Notes: a model not told the origin generated them from the letters alone. Positions 1 to 8,654 are shown, counted from the first letter of the stretch. The stretch is DNA of 43,404 nt from a virus (IMGVR_UViG_3300012662_000013:1-43404); one strand, 5' to 3'. Translations and numbers: made by a program.

Positions 1-247
1 TGAATGATATGAGTGTTAACAAAATGTGTTAAAAAAACTCATTCTTAAATAATTTACATAAGATTTTCTAGAATACCCTACTGCAACCGCAGCAATTTTT
101 GGGTCAAAGTTATCAAGTTGATTAATTGAAAATTGATAAATAATTGAAACTTGAAATAAAACGCTACCCACTCTATATATAGTAAGGTGTGTAGAAAATT
201 ATTTCAAGTTTCATCATAAGATTTTCTAGAAAGGAGGTAATGTAATC

Positions 248-919
248 GTGATTGAAATTGGTAAAACCTATAAATTTAAAGAAGAATTTTGTAGGGAACT
301 AGGTATTCCAAATTGTCAAGTGGAACGTAGATTAAATGATTTATTAGATTGGCTAAGTAGCTTCTATGATTTTGATTTCAAAAAAAGTCGTCCATTTCTT
401 ATTACAGTTAAAGAGATTATTGGTGAGTATAAACCCTTACCTCGTAAACTAACTAAAAGTAATGAACTTACTGAATAGAAGAAAAAAGATTATGCTGAAT
501 TTACTAAATTTTCTCTAACTCCTGACTATACACCTAATAGTAAATCTAAAGTAGCTCGTGAAGCTATGGCATAGTTTGGTAAAGAAAAATATGGTCATAT
601 TAATTAGAGATGGGTCATTCGTAATTTTGTTAAAGAACCATTTAATAAGTATGGAGAAACCAATGATGAAAGTGTATGGGTATATTATTCTACTTATAAG
701 CCTCTTGAACCTGAAGTATGTGAAAAATGGCGTAGTATTTTGAGAGAAGAACATATTGGTGAAGAAGAAGCCAGTAATGCATTCTATCGTCAAGCTGAAG
801 GATAGGATATTTCAAAAGAATTAGGCTATTTTAAAAAGGCAAGAGATAGATTTATGGAAAAGTATGATGATATTCCTATATTAGTTAAGGAATGGCGTCT
901 GAAGAAAGACGTTGAATAA
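248..919 (+). CDS. hypothetical protein, 223 aa under TAG=Gln (possible N-terminal helix-turn-helix)
   Basis: AGGAGG RBS then GTG. Frame has no TAA/TGA until 917-919. Four in-frame TAGs (476, 572, 605, 803) join the track fragments. Followed at once by a terminator. Confidence 0.8.
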
Positions 920-947
920 AAAAATGGAGGCTTATGCCTCCATTTTT
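920..947. terminator. intrinsic terminator, probably bidirectional
   Basis: AAAAATGGAGGC-TTAT-GCCTCCATTTTT hairpin directly after the TAA. Confidence 0.85.
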
Positions 948-1110
948 GTTTTATATAAACAATTATTGAATAGGAGTAGTGTAGATATTGTTTATATAAA
1001 AAGAATGATTAGGTAAAATTTTTAAAATATATGTAAGTAAAAGGAAGCGGATAGTAGATAGGGATATAAGCAATGTTATAATAAAATAGCATTAAAATTG
1101 TAATAGATTG

Positions 1111-1173
1111 AAATTCAATTGTGTTAAATTGAGCCAAATCGTATTAAATTGAGTCAAATTAAGCCAAATTGAG
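1111..1173. repeat. 10-bp-periodic imperfect tandem repeat
   Basis: GTGTTAAATT GAGCCAAATC GTATTAAATT GAGTCAAATT AAGCCAAATT (1121-1170). Confidence 0.7.
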
Positions 1174-1271
1174 AAGCGGGTGTGCCCCTACTGTACATGC
1201 TGTTGTTCTTGTATCCACTATCGACCGTCATCAAATCTTCTCCAACCTATTCAATAATTGTTTTTTTTAAT

Positions 1272-1300
1272 ATTATATCATATTTTTTTTAAAAAGTCAA
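1272..1300 (-). promoter_or_regulatory. sigmaA/70-type promoter with no downstream ORF
   Basis: TTGACT-17 bp-TATAAT with TGn extension. Confidence 0.65.
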
Positions 1301-1380
1301 ATTAGAGCATTTAAAAGAGTAAGTATAGGGGCTTGTCCCCTATACTTACGATTGATAGGCCGGCTTGCCCGGACTATCAT

Positions 1381-1776
1381 TTACCACCCCATCAGATCAA
1401 GAAACTTGTCAATGACTTCATCAGCAGAGCCAGTAAACTTATAGACCTTAGTCTTAGTCTTATCAGTAGGTTCCTTAACCGCCTTACCAAGGTCATCGAA
1501 GGCACGACCTACCTTACCAGCCACATCAAACACCTTCATCAGGTCTTCCGGTGCAACCTTAATGTCATAGCCGTAATAATCCTTTGCAAACTTAACTAGG
1601 CTCTGGCAGATAACCTCTGCATCAGCCTTCTTTACTTCTTCTCTCTTGGACTTTTCAGCCTGAGCCTTCAGTTCCTCATCTCTCTTGGTCTGTGCCTTAT
1701 TCAGTTCCTCAGTGATACTCTTAGCAATATCCTCTGCGGATTCACCCTTCATCAGACGATCATAAAAATCATACAT
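1381..1776 (-). CDS. hypothetical protein, 131 aa, charged/coiled-coil
   Basis: Intact ORF with AGAGG RBS and its own promoter. TAA stop. Confidence 0.85.
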   Translation of the reverse strand: MYDFYDRLMKGESAEDIAKSITEELNKAQTKRDEELKAQAEKSKREEVKKADAEVICQSLVKFAKDYYGYDIKVAPEDLMKVFDVAGKVGRAFDDLGKAVKEPTDKTKTKVYKFTGSADEVIDKFLDLMGW

Positions 1777-1828
1777 ATGTATACTACCTCTTTATAAAGA
1801 TTTCCAGAACTCTTTATTCTGTATATAT

Positions 1829-1857
1829 ATTATAACAAAAAATTTTTTGAAAAGCAA
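1829..1857 (-). promoter_or_regulatory. sigmaA-type promoter with A/T-tract spacer
   Basis: TTGCTT-TTCAAAAAATTTTTTGT-TATAAT. Confidence 0.7.
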
Positions 1858-1893
1858 ACTGGAAAAATTTTCCAGCTAATATTTTTTTTTATT

Positions 1894-1922
1894 ATTATAT
1901 AATATTTTTTTTAAAAAGTCAA
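1894..1922 (-). promoter_or_regulatory. sigmaA-type promoter (near-copy of 1272-1300)
   Basis: TTGACT-17 bp-TATAAT. Confidence 0.65.
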
Positions 1923-2084
1923 CTTTCGGGAAAATCAAGGGCCATATGAAAGTCCGCTAGATTGAGCAAAAAATTGCCATATAGGGTTTTGGAAGGAAAA
2001 ACCGGTCATCACCCTCAGTGACGACCGGGCAATTTTTACCATCTGTTCCAATTATTTCCTTGGAAAAATTTTCCAATTATGAAA

Positions 2085-2120
2085 CCAAAAATTGGAATGG
2101 GATTTTCTCCCATTCCAATT
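2085..2120 (-). terminator. intrinsic terminator
   Basis: 13-bp stem AATTGGAATGGGA/TCCCATTCCAATT overlapping the stop, followed by a U-run on the - strand. Confidence 0.75.
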
Positions 2121-2478
2121 ATTTCCTTGGACGTATCAGGGTCAATCGGTATTTAATTCCATTGTAAGCAAATTCCAATTCTCTCTCAGGATTTACCACT
2201 CGAATATCATTTACATCATAATCTACTCTGTGGGCGTCATCCAGTTTACTTTCAAAATATCTAATTAGATCACGCTTATCTTCATCCGGTTTGCGTTCCC
2301 GCTTGACACTTTCCACTTTCTTCCTATCAGCACGTCGTGCCTTTTTAGCACCTGCTTCAAGCTCCGGCGGCAATTCAAACAGTTTTTCGCCCCTATCAAT
2401 TCGCTTGTCCATTTCCAAAACTTGTTTGGCTTCTTCAATAGAGATTTTAAGCGAATTTGCCAATTTTTCAGCGTTCAC
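2119..2478 (-). CDS. hypothetical protein, 119 aa, paralog of 5080-5475
   Basis: GTG start with AAGGTGG RBS. Aligns by eye with 5080-5475 (D..IDR..K..F.L.PE; N.ER...F..NG..Y.LTLI..R). Confidence 0.85.
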   Translation of the reverse strand: MNAEKLANSLKISIEEAKQVLEMDKRIDRGEKLFELPPELEAGAKKARRADRKKVESVKRERKPDEDKRDLIRYFESKLDDAHRVDYDVNDIRVVNPERELEFAYNGIKYRLTLIRPRK

Positions 2479-2576
2479 AGTGTTCTTTCCACCTTTTTGA
2501 AATTTTGTTCCATAGAGCTAACTAGAGTTAGTTCTAGCTTAGAGGGGCGTTAAGCCCCTCTAGCCTTTTTCGGCGT

Positions 2577-2951
2577 TTATGCCTTGGTGTAATAAACACG
2601 CCGCTTTTCAGTGGTCTTAATCACCTTACCACTATCTACCAGAGTTTTCAGCAAGTTCGCCATTCTCTGCGTAGACATATCATTTTCATGCTTGGCATTG
2701 AAATCAGCCACAACCGGCAGTTCCTTGAGCAGTTCCGCAATAGAATAAGTCCGGTTCATTTCCATCTGCTGATAAATCTGTTCCACCATCTCCGCATTCT
2801 CCGCCTGCTGTTCGGTGGTTTTCTTGTCTGCGGACTTCTTAGAAACAGAAGCAAGCAGGGCTTCCAGCTTCTTCCGCACATCATCTGCAAGGACAATGTC
2901 AGTGTTGTTCAGAACGGTGTTCAGAGCCTGGGCGTAGGTAATCTTTTCCAT
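2577..2951 (-). CDS. putative winged-helix DNA-binding protein, 124 aa, paralog of 5524-5910
   Basis: AGAAAGGAATTGATA RBS. C-terminus STQRMANLLKTLVDSGKVIKTTEKRRVYY fits a wHTH recognition helix plus wing. Confidence 0.7.
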   Translation of the reverse strand: MEKITYAQALNTVLNNTDIVLADDVRKKLEALLASVSKKSADKKTTEQQAENAEMVEQIYQQMEMNRTYSIAELLKELPVVADFNAKHENDMSTQRMANLLKTLVDSGKVIKTTEKRRVYYTKA

Positions 2952-3022
2952 GGTATCAATTCCTTTCTAGCGGTAGGTCGCAACCCTTATTTGTTTTTGT
3001 GTTCCTCTCTTGGAACAATTAT

Positions 3023-3051
3023 ATTGTATCACAAATCTGCTGATTTGTCAA
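3023..3051 (-). promoter_or_regulatory. sigmaA-type early promoter
   Basis: TTGACA-17 bp-TACAAT with TGn extension. Confidence 0.75.
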
Positions 3052-3177
3052 TACCTTTTTAATTAAATTTGCCACGATTTTTTTTCGGCTTGACATTTTA
3101 TCGCGGGACGCTGGAAGTATTTGTAGAATCGGCAATTTCAATACCGTAGCTATGAAAATTTTGGAAGGGGTGGGGCT

Positions 3178-4080
3178 TTATTCCAAGCCCCAATCATTGT
3201 CATATCTTCCCAATTTCTTGAAGGGAAAATATTCAATACCTCTTTCAAACTTGTGCTTGGTCTTTGCACCAATCAGGGCAAACAGCATACTTTCAATAAT
3301 TGTATCTTCAAGGGCAGTATGTGCTTCTTCAAAATCTTCCTGCTGGAAACAATAGGCAAATGCTTTTTCTGCATTAGTCGGGTAATATCTTCCGCTTGCA
3401 GTATGCCAATCATTATTATAACACATCTGCTTATATTCAGGATTATTCAACAGGTGTTCACAAGACAGACCCCAAAGGTCAAACAGCGGATAACACTTGC
3501 TACGGAGGCGGAACACATCCGGTTCAAACTCTTTCTGCGAATAGGGCTTGCTTCCGCGGGCTAATGCGTCACATCTGTTATTCTGGTAGGCTTCCCATTC
3601 AAAAAAGTCCTGTGAATACAGCTTGGAAACATAAAGCTCTGTGAATGGAATCGCTTTCTTGAAGTCGAACATACTGTTATATGCTCCGACAGCTTCAACA
3701 GCGTCCAAATCTTCAACCAATTCAGCAATAGCCGTGTTCCAATCGGTTAAATGAATTTCTCCGGTTTTCAGACGCTCCAAATAAATCGGACGCTTACTTG
3801 CATAATATGCAGTATTGAAAACTGCGGGAACGCTGAAAATCTCAGAAATGAGATAAGACGCACGCTTATAGACCTTGCCCTTAATATCCACAATCTGCCA
3901 TCCCAAATCATAAATCAGGGGCTTAGCGATTGCGACATTCTTTTTCTGTTCTGCGGTAAATTTTGCCGCATACGGAAGTGTTGCCGTTTCACAATCCAGA
4001 ATCAGGTAATACTTACGACGCTTGTCTAACTTAATCATAGGGAAATCCATCCTTTTAATATAGTCAATAGGGCTTGCCAT
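3178..4080 (-). CDS. DEDDh (DnaQ-like) 3'-5' exonuclease, 300 aa
   Basis: ExoI LILDCET, ExoII AYNSMFD, ExoIII HTALED motifs. Confidence 0.85.
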   Translation of the reverse strand: MASPIDYIKRMDFPMIKLDKRRKYYLILDCETATLPYAAKFTAEQKKNVAIAKPLIYDLGWQIVDIKGKVYKRASYLISEIFSVPAVFNTAYYASKRPIYLERLKTGEIHLTDWNTAIAELVEDLDAVEAVGAYNSMFDFKKAIPFTELYVSKLYSQDFFEWEAYQNNRCDALARGSKPYSQKEFEPDVFRLRSKCYPLFDLWGLSCEHLLNNPEYKQMCYNNDWHTASGRYYPTNAEKAFAYCFQQEDFEEAHTALEDTIIESMLFALIGAKTKHKFERGIEYFPFKKLGRYDNDWGLE

Positions 4081-4101
4081 CGCTTCCCTTATTGCTCTTT
4101 C

Positions 4102-4130
4102 ATTATATCACACATCAGGCGATTTGTCAA
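4102..4130 (-). promoter_or_regulatory. consensus sigmaA early promoter
   Basis: TTGACA-17 bp-TATAAT with TGn extension. Confidence 0.85.
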
Positions 4131-4203
4131 GAGTTTTTTTTATTATTTGAAAATTTCTTTTTGATTGCCTTTCGTGTTTTGTCCTCTCTCTTGGAACAAT
4201 TAT

Positions 4204-4232
4204 AGTTTATCACATCTTGCCCAAAATGTCAA
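4204..4232 (-). promoter_or_regulatory. sigmaA-type promoter with no downstream start codon
   Basis: TTGACA-17 bp-TAAACT (TGn), followed by the conserved leader ATTGTTCCAAG. Confidence 0.55.
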
Positions 4233-4435
4233 GAAGAATATTTATTCATTTTCAATGAATATTTATGCACGCTTTAACACTTTAATGCACTAAAGTGGTG
4301 CCACTTTAGGGATTTATCACTTTAGTTAAATGAAGCAGGATTTTGCTGGAAAAATTGGTAAATACTGGAAAAAATGAAAATTCCTCGCGGCTGGGCCGTG
4401 GCCGCGAGGCTCAAATGTCAATAGTCAAAATGCAC

Positions 4436-4462
4436 AAAAATAAAAGGGGCATTTCTGCCCCT
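4436..4462 (-). terminator. intrinsic terminator overlapping a TAG stop
   Basis: AGGGGCA-GAAA-TGCCCCT followed by TTTATTTTT on the - strand. The AG of the TAG forms the stem base. Confidence 0.85.
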
Positions 4463-5024
4463 ATACATTCGCCATTACCAAATTGTAATTATTTTCAAAA
4501 ACTTGTAAATCTTCAACAGTCGGTTCAAAAGCCTCAAATCTGTCATTCGGGATATACTTATGAGACTTGCGGAAATAATTTCTCATCAGACTTTCCAGCA
4601 CCTGAGCCAAATCATCATTCGGCACTTGGTAAGATTTTACAACTTCTACATCAGAGATAACAACGCCATCCCTTTTGTATTCATGGTTAATAAAATCACG
4701 CATCCGCTTTACAACAATATTAGCTTTTCCAATTTTTGTAAAAACCCAATTGCCTACATCATCGAACATCTTAATCAGATAAGTGTTGCTAACTCCATCT
4801 TCTTTTGGACGCTTCTTAGTGATAAATTCACCAATGGCAAGAATTACCCTGTTTACTTTATCCAGAATATACTTTTTTGCCCAATCCTTACAGGCATTAA
4901 AAATTTCTTCACAGGCTTCAAACCAATGCAGCTTCCAACGTGCATTAGCATTGTCAAATCTTTCCTTTGCACCCTCAAAATCATTCGAGGAAACATAATC
5001 AGAATAAGTGGGATTTTTTGCCAT
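4461..5024 (-). CDS. putative GIY-YIG superfamily (T5orf172-like) nuclease-domain protein, 187 aa, ends in TAG
   Basis: AAGGTGA RBS supports ATG at 5024. Motif TYLIKMF...FTKIGKA..VVKRM...E resembles T5orf172/GIY-YIG. Confidence 0.6.
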   Translation of the reverse strand: MAKNPTYSDYVSSNDFEGAKERFDNANARWKLHWFEACEEIFNACKDWAKKYILDKVNRVILAIGEFITKKRPKEDGVSNTYLIKMFDDVGNWVFTKIGKANIVVKRMRDFINHEYKRDGVVISDVEVVKSYQVPNDDLAQVLESLMRNYFRKSHKYIPNDRFEAFEPTVEDLQVFENNYNLVMANV

Positions 5025-5079
5025 TTTTATCACCTTTTTCAATTTTTTTTGTAGAAAATGGGGAAAATTCCCCATTTTC

Positions 5080-5475
5080 TTATGCTTTTTTAGCTCTTTT
5101 CTGGATTAAAGTCAATTCGTAGCGATTTCCATTGCTTGTAAACATGATAGTTCGCTCTTTATTTGTGATTTCTTCATCCAGCACTTCAAATTCTGCCAAT
5201 TCTGTCAAAAATTTTGACAAACCGGCGATAATTTCGCCCTTTGTTGCATTAGGCTTACGCGGGCGGTAAACATTGCTTTTGACATTGTGCTCTTTGACAT
5301 TAGCCAATTTCATAGCTTGCTTATGTTCTTCTGGAGACAAATCAAAATCAACTTTCTGATTTCTGTCAATAGCTTTGTCAGCGTCCAGAATGTCAACAGC
5401 TTCATCGATTGAACATTCCAGCTTATCAACAAGATTATCGACTTTTGCCCATTCCTTTTCTGTCAGCTTTCTCAT
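5080..5475 (-). CDS. hypothetical protein, 131 aa, paralog of 2119-2478
   Basis: Intact ORF with GAAAGGA RBS. Similarity visible by eye. Confidence 0.85.
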   Translation of the reverse strand: MRKLTEKEWAKVDNLVDKLECSIDEAVDILDADKAIDRNQKVDFDLSPEEHKQAMKLANVKEHNVKSNVYRPRKPNATKGEIIAGLSKFLTELAEFEVLDEEITNKERTIMFTSNGNRYELTLIQKRAKKA

Positions 5476-5523
5476 AAATTTCCTTTCAATGAGTGGGGCG
5501 GATTTCTCCGCCCCCTTGGTTCA

Positions 5524-5910
5524 TCACGCCTTAGTGTAGAACACTCTACGCTTCTCCGTGGTCTTGACGACCCTGCCACTATCTACCAGCGGCTTAATCA
5601 GGCTTGCCATCTTCTGAGAAGAAAGTTCCGTCTCATGCTCTGCATTATATTCAGAGACAACAGGCAGTTCCTTCATCAGGTCTGCGATTGCATACTTGCG
5701 TTCAAACGCCATCTGCTCATAAATATGTTCAGTGTAAGCGGCGTTTTTCTCCTGTTCCTGAGACTGCTTCTTGTTTTCCTTCTTGTTGTCCAGCAGTTCA
5801 ATCTGGTGATTGATGAAGTCAATCAGAGATTCATCTGCGTCATGCTGGGCGAGGAAGTCAGAAACAGAGGTGAACATTTCCTTGCGGGTGGGAGCCTTAA
5901 TCTTATCCAT
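5524..5910 (-). CDS. putative winged-helix DNA-binding protein, 128 aa, paralog of 2577-2951
   Basis: AGAAAGGAATTGATA RBS places the start at 5910. Shares KELPVV and LVDSG(K/R)V(I/V)KTTEKRRV(Y/F)YTKA with its paralog. Confidence 0.7.
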   Translation of the reverse strand: MDKIKAPTRKEMFTSVSDFLAQHDADESLIDFINHQIELLDNKKENKKQSQEQEKNAAYTEHIYEQMAFERKYAIADLMKELPVVSEYNAEHETELSSQKMASLIKPLVDSGRVVKTTEKRRVFYTKA

Positions 5911-5960
5911 AGTATCAATTCCTTTCTGGTTTTTAAGTGTTTCCCTCACTTGTTGACTTA

Positions 5961-5989
5961 ATTATATCACATCAGGTGGGGTTTGTCAA
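5961..5989 (-). promoter_or_regulatory. consensus sigmaA early promoter
   Basis: TTGACA-17 bp-TATAAT with TGn extension. Confidence 0.85.
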
Positions 5990-6088
5990 GACTTTTTTTT
6001 ATTTTTTTTCAACCTTTTTTTCTTGACTTCCTTATGCACTCGACAGGGTTTTGTTGCAAGCTTTACCAGCCCCCTCCTGACATTATGT

Positions 6089-6117
6089 AGTATAGCACAT
6101 TTCAGGAATTTTGTCTA
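6089..6117 (-). promoter_or_regulatory. sigmaA-type promoter with no substantial ORF
   Basis: TAGACA-17 bp-TATACT with TGn extension. Confidence 0.5.
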
Positions 6118-6235
6118 TGGGCAAAATGCACAAAATTTGCATGAAAAAATTGTGCAATCTGCACAAAAATTAAAATGCCGCCCGGTGCGCAAGACATCGG
6201 GCGGCTCAAATGAACCGCCCATTTTTTAAGAATTT

Positions 6236-6532
6236 TCATTCCATGCCGCAGGCAATTTCTGTTAAATTTGCAACAGACCGGAAAATTTCAGATGCGTTCC
6301 AGTCATCATCCAGAAAACACCAACAACCGCAATACTCACCCATAATGTTAATAGGATAACAGACCCAATAGGGGAATGGGCAAAACCTCATATTCTTTTC
6401 TTCTGGAATAAACTGGTCAGGAAGGCTTCCGGGTCTATAACTATCAAGCTTAGACCCATCAGCTCCATAGAGTACATAACTAATGTTGTTGTCAGCAAGC
6501 CAAGCATACATAACAGATAAAAAGAAATTCAT
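6236..6532 (-). CDS. hypothetical protein, 98 aa
   Basis: ATGA overlap with the upstream gene. TGA stop. Confidence 0.75.
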   Translation of the reverse strand: MNFFLSVMYAWLADNNISYVLYGADGSKLDSYRPGSLPDQFIPEEKNMRFCPFPYWVCYPINIMGEYCGCWCFLDDDWNASEIFRSVANLTEIACGME

Positions 6533-6804
6533 GTGTTAAAATCCTTCTTCCCATCAAGAATCGCTTCAATTTCTGAAGTGGTCATGCGGCCTACTTTTTC
6601 TTCAATCTCGTGAAGGATATCTCCATCGTCTCCGCAGATTTCATCGGTGATGTTCAGCCATTCATCATAAATGTGAAGCAGGACAAAATCGCCTGATTCG
6701 ATTGTTGCACCACAACAGCCGCAGATAATTTCATCTCTGTCTTGATTCCAGATACCCGCCTGAACAGTTCCCTCATTGTCCATGAAAATAACCTGATAAT
6801 TCAT
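6529..6804 (-). CDS. hypothetical protein, 91 aa, Cys cluster (CGCCG)
   Basis: GAAAGGAAATGATA RBS and its own promoter. Confidence 0.8.
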   Translation of the reverse strand: MNYQVIFMDNEGTVQAGIWNQDRDEIICGCCGATIESGDFVLLHIYDEWLNITDEICGDDGDILHEIEEKVGRMTTSEIEAILDGKKDFNT

Positions 6805-6834
6805 TGTATCATTTCCTTTCCTTTTGATAAATCA

Positions 6835-6863
6835 ATTATACTACAGGTCAAAGGGCTTGTCAA
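6835..6863 (-). promoter_or_regulatory. consensus sigmaA early promoter
   Basis: TTGACA-17 bp-TATAAT. Confidence 0.8.
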
Positions 6864-7279
6864 GCCCTTTGATTAAATTTTACTCCAATATCCAAAATCT
6901 CTTTAAGGATTTCTTCATAATTGCGCCACTCGCCATAACGATATTCAGAGTCATAATACCACAGACCATAGCGCGAAACAATTCCATTTATAATTTTAAT
7001 GGGAACTTCATAGCCCATGTCATCAAAATAATCATTGATAAATTGTGCTTGGGCATAAGAATGAATTTCTACAGCTTCAATTTCATCGCATTGCGGATAA
7101 TTAAACCCCTCAATTTCCTTGCCCTCAAGGTCAAACAGTTTCAAAGGTTCGCAGTTTTCAGATTTACACAAATCTTCGTATCTGCATTTCCATTCATGAT
7201 GAAGACATTCTGCTTCATCGTCGAACACCTGCCCGCAGAAGTCGCATTCATAAGTAGTAATTTCAGTCATTATTATCAT
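6860..7279 (-). CDS. hypothetical protein, about 139 aa, N-terminal Zn-finger-like motif
   Basis: CDFC...ECLHHEWKC motif. GAAAGGAAATGATA RBS. Start could be 7270. Confidence 0.8.
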   Translation of the reverse strand: MIIMTEITTYECDFCGQVFDDEAECLHHEWKCRYEDLCKSENCEPLKLFDLEGKEIEGFNYPQCDEIEAVEIHSYAQAQFINDYFDDMGYEVPIKIINGIVSRYGLWYYDSEYRYGEWRNYEEILKEILDIGVKFNQRA

Positions 7280-7301
7280 TTCCTTTCCTTTTGGTACTAT
7301 T

Positions 7302-7330
7302 ATTATATCAAATTTTTTTTAATTTGTCAA
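7302..7330 (-). promoter_or_regulatory. consensus sigmaA early promoter, abutted by a 12-bp GC stem (7331-7372)
   Basis: TTGACA-17 bp-TATAAT with TGn extension. Stem GCCGGTTGGGAA/TTCCCAACCGGC. Confidence 0.85.
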
Positions 7331-7378
7331 GCCGGTTGGGAATTTTTTTTTATAATTTTTTTCCCAACCGGCGGTCGC

Positions 7379-7690
7379 TTAAATGTAAATAATTCCCTGA
7401 CCAGCAGCAGGCGGATTCGTACTGTCTACAGTGATTTCTGTTTCCGCGTCCTGCCCTTCTTCATCTTCATATTCAACATGGAAAGTCAAATCTCCAACAT
7501 TATCCAGATAAGCCTGAATTGCTTTTCTGATTCCATCCATGTATTTTTCTTCTTTCTCTTGGTCAAGTTTGTTAATACGCTTCTTTGCAAGGTCAATCAG
7601 GGTCTGCAATTCTTCCGGAGTCTTTTTATTCACATAATCGTGCAAATCCTGCAAATTCATTGCTTCGACGATAGCACTTTCCATATACAT
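7379..7690 (-). CDS. hypothetical protein, 103 aa
   Basis: AGAAAGGAATTGATA RBS places the start at 7690. Confidence 0.8.
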   Translation of the reverse strand: MYMESAIVEAMNLQDLHDYVNKKTPEELQTLIDLAKKRINKLDQEKEEKYMDGIRKAIQAYLDNVGDLTFHVEYEDEEGQDAETEITVDSTNPPAAGQGIIYI

Positions 7691-7735
7691 TTTTATCAAT
7701 TCCTTTCTTTTATGGTAGGCTGTTAAGCCTACCAT

Positions 7736-8149
7736 TTATTTCATAATCGGGCACGTGTTCATTCCATTGTCTTTCATCCAGTGAATAAAATCTTCGGCGG
7801 AAAGTTCTTCCGAAAGTCTCTTGAAACTCAAATCATAATCAAGCGGATTGTAAATTGTTTCACGTGAAACAGGGAAGCTAATTTTTTCGGGCTTGTAATC
7901 TTCGCCTTTCCAATATCTTATATTTTCAAGATGGAATTTTTTGATTCTATTGTTGAAAATGCCGCGTTTGATAGAACCATTGACATAGTGGCGGCTGATA
8001 GCTACCGCGAAGTCTGTTGCATCTTTGATTGTCATTGTTTCACGATCAGGCGGTTCAGGGCAATAGACAAGCTGAGTAGACCAATTCAGAATAGGCTCTT
8101 GACCATCATTCATTTTCATATAAATGCGTTTCCAATACAGATTCTTCAT
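7736..8149 (-). CDS. hypothetical protein, 137 aa
   Basis: GAAAGGAAATGATA RBS and an upstream promoter. Confidence 0.8.
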   Translation of the reverse strand: MKNLYWKRIYMKMNDGQEPILNWSTQLVYCPEPPDRETMTIKDATDFAVAISRHYVNGSIKRGIFNNRIKKFHLENIRYWKGEDYKPEKISFPVSRETIYNPLDYDLSFKRLSEELSAEDFIHWMKDNGMNTCPIMK

Positions 8150-8196
8150 AATATATCATTTCCTTTCATTTGGTTATTCTCTCTTGGAACAATTAT

Positions 8197-8225
8197 AGTA
8201 TAACTGATTCCGGGAGAAAAGTCAA
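8197..8225 (-). promoter_or_regulatory. sigmaA early promoter
   Basis: TTGACT-17 bp-TATACT, followed by the conserved leader. Confidence 0.75.
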
Positions 8226-8350
8226 CTGTCATTTTGCACAAAAATTTGGGCAAAAATTTGTGCAAAGTGCTAAAAATCTTAAATTCTGGCTGTGACGCAC
8301 GATCACAGCCAGCTCAAATGTTTTTCCATCTAATTCCAATAGGAAGGAAG

Positions 8351-8383
8351 AAAATGGGAATCCAAATTCTGGATTCCCATTTT
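8351..8383 (-). terminator. intrinsic terminator
   Basis: AAAATGGGAATCCA/TGGATTCCCATTTT stem just after the 8387 stop. Confidence 0.75.
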
Positions 8384-8386
8384 TTT

Positions 8387-8635
8387 TCAAATCGAAAGAC
8401 ATTCATTTCCAGCCATTGTTTCAATATAGGAAATTTCTTCATAATCAACGTTAGCTTTATCAAGTGCCGCTTCCACAGCATCTTGAAAATCCCATGATTC
8501 ATCCTCAAACCAATCATCTTGTGCTTCGGTTGTTTCCTCAGCATTTCCATAATCTTCCATGGGTTTCCATTTATCATCTACTTCTACTTCTACAGGAACG
8601 ACTGTCTGAACACGAACATACGCAATAAATTTCAT
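8387..8635 (-). CDS. acidic hypothetical protein, 82 aa
   Basis: GAAAGGA RBS. Very D/E-rich. TGA stop. Confidence 0.8.
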   Translation of the reverse strand: MKFIAYVRVQTVVPVEVEVDDKWKPMEDYGNAEETTEAQDDWFEDESWDFQDAVEAALDKANVDYEEISYIETMAGNECLSI

Positions 8636-8654
8636 TTTTTACCAATCCTTTCTT

